A DNA stretch of 64,000 bases from Balanoglossus misakiensis (Eukaryota > Animalia > Hemichordata), in NCBI GenBank assembly GCA_040954595.2, contig CM082582.2:12086415-12150414 (forward strand). Direction: 5' to 3'. Positions 61,779 through 64,000 of this stretch are shown piece after piece. Position 1 is the first letter of the stretch. Every line of letters begins with the position of its first letter. The notes beneath the pieces are model-generated. The model saw only the letters and a list, made by a program, of their open reading frames with translations, had not been told where the DNA came from and searched no databases. A program made the translations under genes and the position numbers.

Positions 61779-63923
61779 ATGGACGTCTCCTGGAAGTTTT
61801 TCCTTCTTGTCAGCTTGCAGTGTATATTGTGCTGTTATTCGGTAAGTTCTTTCTGACCGCAGAAGCAGATAAGTTTAATTATTCGAGACTTTTCAGAAGA
61901 TTTCAGAAGTAACCCTCGCGACGTAAACAAAAGATATCAAATCTAGACAAATAACCGTACCCATTCAAGTATTATAGGCAGATTCACATCTGTCGCTGAG
62001 TACAATAACATGGCGTGATGAGCGTATACATGTATTCTAGTAGGAGCTACAACCCAAATCGCCTTAAAAATTGGGCCAAAACTCGGAGAATTACTAAAAT
62101 AGCAAGACGTCATGGTGTGGAGTGGATTGGCAGTGATAATACATAGTCTTTAAATGAGTATTGTACTATTAAACATTGACCTATGAAACACGATTACAAT
62201 GTCACGAATAATCTTTCCTGTTAACAGGCGAGAATTAAATTTGTTGCCGGCACCAACAACGAGAGAAACTCAAAAAGCTATTTCTGGGAAACATTACCAG
62301 ATGCATTGGTAAGATCATTCCGTTTCAACAGATATTCTTTCGCCTACATTCTGGTATTAATTTCAGCATTTTGCCTCATAATTTTGTTGCTAGAGCAACT
62401 GAAGTCATTCCTCAACATTTGAGAATTTCCTGTATGAGATAGAAGTAGATTCTTCGCCTGAGACTTTTTCCTCTTTCTTTCTTGTAACATATAGAGAAAA
62501 GCACACCCGCCATCTAAAGAAAAGACAGGTAAGAGGCTTTTTGACCGATAAATGTGACGGTTTATATCCAAAGTTCGCACAGAGACGGTTCCGATGGTTT
62601 ACTACTGACACGTTATATATATATTGTATTGTCTAAAGATTTCATAAAATTTCTTCGCCTATCTGAAACAACGTTACAGATCAAAGAAAGGATGATAAAA
62701 TTATAAAACATCCCACAAAAGCTATTATCGACGAAAACAAAGTACTTGAAGGTGAGTACAGCTTTCCCTTATCATACTGTGACAATTTAGCTCTCAAACT
62801 TTACATAGGATTGAACCCTAGCCATGTTAGACCCCTGAACATACAGACCTCATCTATTGTCAGAACTACATATCATACGATAACACAGCAGACATCACAC
62901 TAAAGATAGTCGCTGATCATCCTCTCTGCTGCCTTCTTTCATCTTCAATGAAAAACATTGTTTTAGTATTAATTATATAATGTGTTTAACATTCTTTTCA
63001 CGAAGATCATCAGCTTGACCACTTATTTCTGGAGAGTGACATTTATCTCGGCCCAAAGGTACGTTTCATTGGTTTTCTTTTGACCAATCAAATTGTAGTG
63101 TAGCGTAACACAGAAGCACGATTCAGCAGCGTGGCCAGCGTGCACGTCCGAGTGTGTGTTGTTTCATGTAATTGCCATTGAAGGTCGGAGTTCGTCTCTC
63201 GGGGGATGCACCAAATGCAAAAATCTCGCCTTAACAGCTCGTTATTGACTCCAAATCTCATTTGTACCTGCATGACTCCATGACGACAGGCAGAGAAGAA
63301 CGCCATCATTTACGAAACGAGTTTGTGGACGAATGGAATAGTGCCGTATGAGATCGACCCGGCTTTTGGTAAGAGAACGCATTATCCTACAGAAAAGTAT
63401 CAGTATGACAGTGCACTATAAGTATACAGTTCATTCTTTACCACATAAAACACCTGTTGACTTCTATTCCCCTCTCAATATTTCTTTTGTTGACAGATTC
63501 CACTGCGGTTACTCAGATCCAGAATGCTATCAATACATATCACACACATACCTGTCTGCAATTTGTGCGTCGCTCGACACAAACGGATTATTTGTATATT
63601 TACCCTGGAAGTGGGTAAGTAGCGACCTTCCAGTGCATCATTTCAGTATGAAAAATACTCATATCAATCCTTTCACTTCTGCATGTTTTGTACAATAGAA
63701 ACTCAACTTTCATAACGGTTTCATTTTGTCTGCTCTTTTCACAGATGCTGGTCTAGCATTGGTAAAGTTGGCGGCAGACAACCTCTGTCTCTTGGACAAG
63801 GATGTGCCCACCACAAAGTTACACCAATGCACGAGTTCATGCATGCTATTGGGTTTGCCCATGAACAAAGTCGGACGGACAGAAATGCTTTCGTCTACAT
63901 TGCGTATCAGAATATCCTATCTG
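61779..63923 (+). CDS. Astacin metalloprotease 2 (tandem paralog), 5' part; continues beyond the right edge
   Basis: TATA-like TATAAG near 61720; signal exon 61779-61841 (MDVSWKFFLLVSLQCILCCYS). Exon-for-exon match to paralog 1: WETLPDAL, AHPP, FLESDIYLGP, WTNGIVPYEIDPAF, HEFMHAIGFAHEQSRTDR. Confidence 0.9.
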
Positions 63924-64000
63924 GTTGGTATATCCCACTAGCCACTCAAATAAGAATATGACCAATAAAATCATTGTAAGAAAATGTGATACAATGAAAT

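Overview
Eukaryotic, intron-containing invertebrate genomic DNA. It is probably a marine bilaterian, but the taxon cannot be fixed from the sequence alone. From left to right: the 5' half of Tbx20 (minus strand, runs off the left edge) with a ~15 kb CpG-rich upstream desert containing a candidate 81-aa microprotein ORF; a 4-exon UDP-glycosyltransferase with a UGT8-like 'GDH' signature; NEK11 head-to-head with an intronless Asteroid/ASTE1 nuclease; a second, convergent ASTE1 paralog; RECQL4 with an intronless orphan GPCR nested antisense in one intron; DUS2 head-to-head with RECQL4; a tRNA-Pro(CGG); and two tandem astacin metalloprotease genes, the first ending in three hevein-like Cys modules. 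The best candidate for an undescribed system is the second ASTE1 copy. It is CpG-rich and sits downstream of a 155-bp cluster of AP-1, STAT/GAS, NF-kB and IRF/ISRE motifs. The cluster is flanked by two outward-facing TATA boxes, and the second one points into a ~180-nt hairpin followed by AATAAA. This suggests an immune-inducible nuclease paralog, possibly paired with a hairpin RNA. All exon models were read by hand, and no database searches were run.
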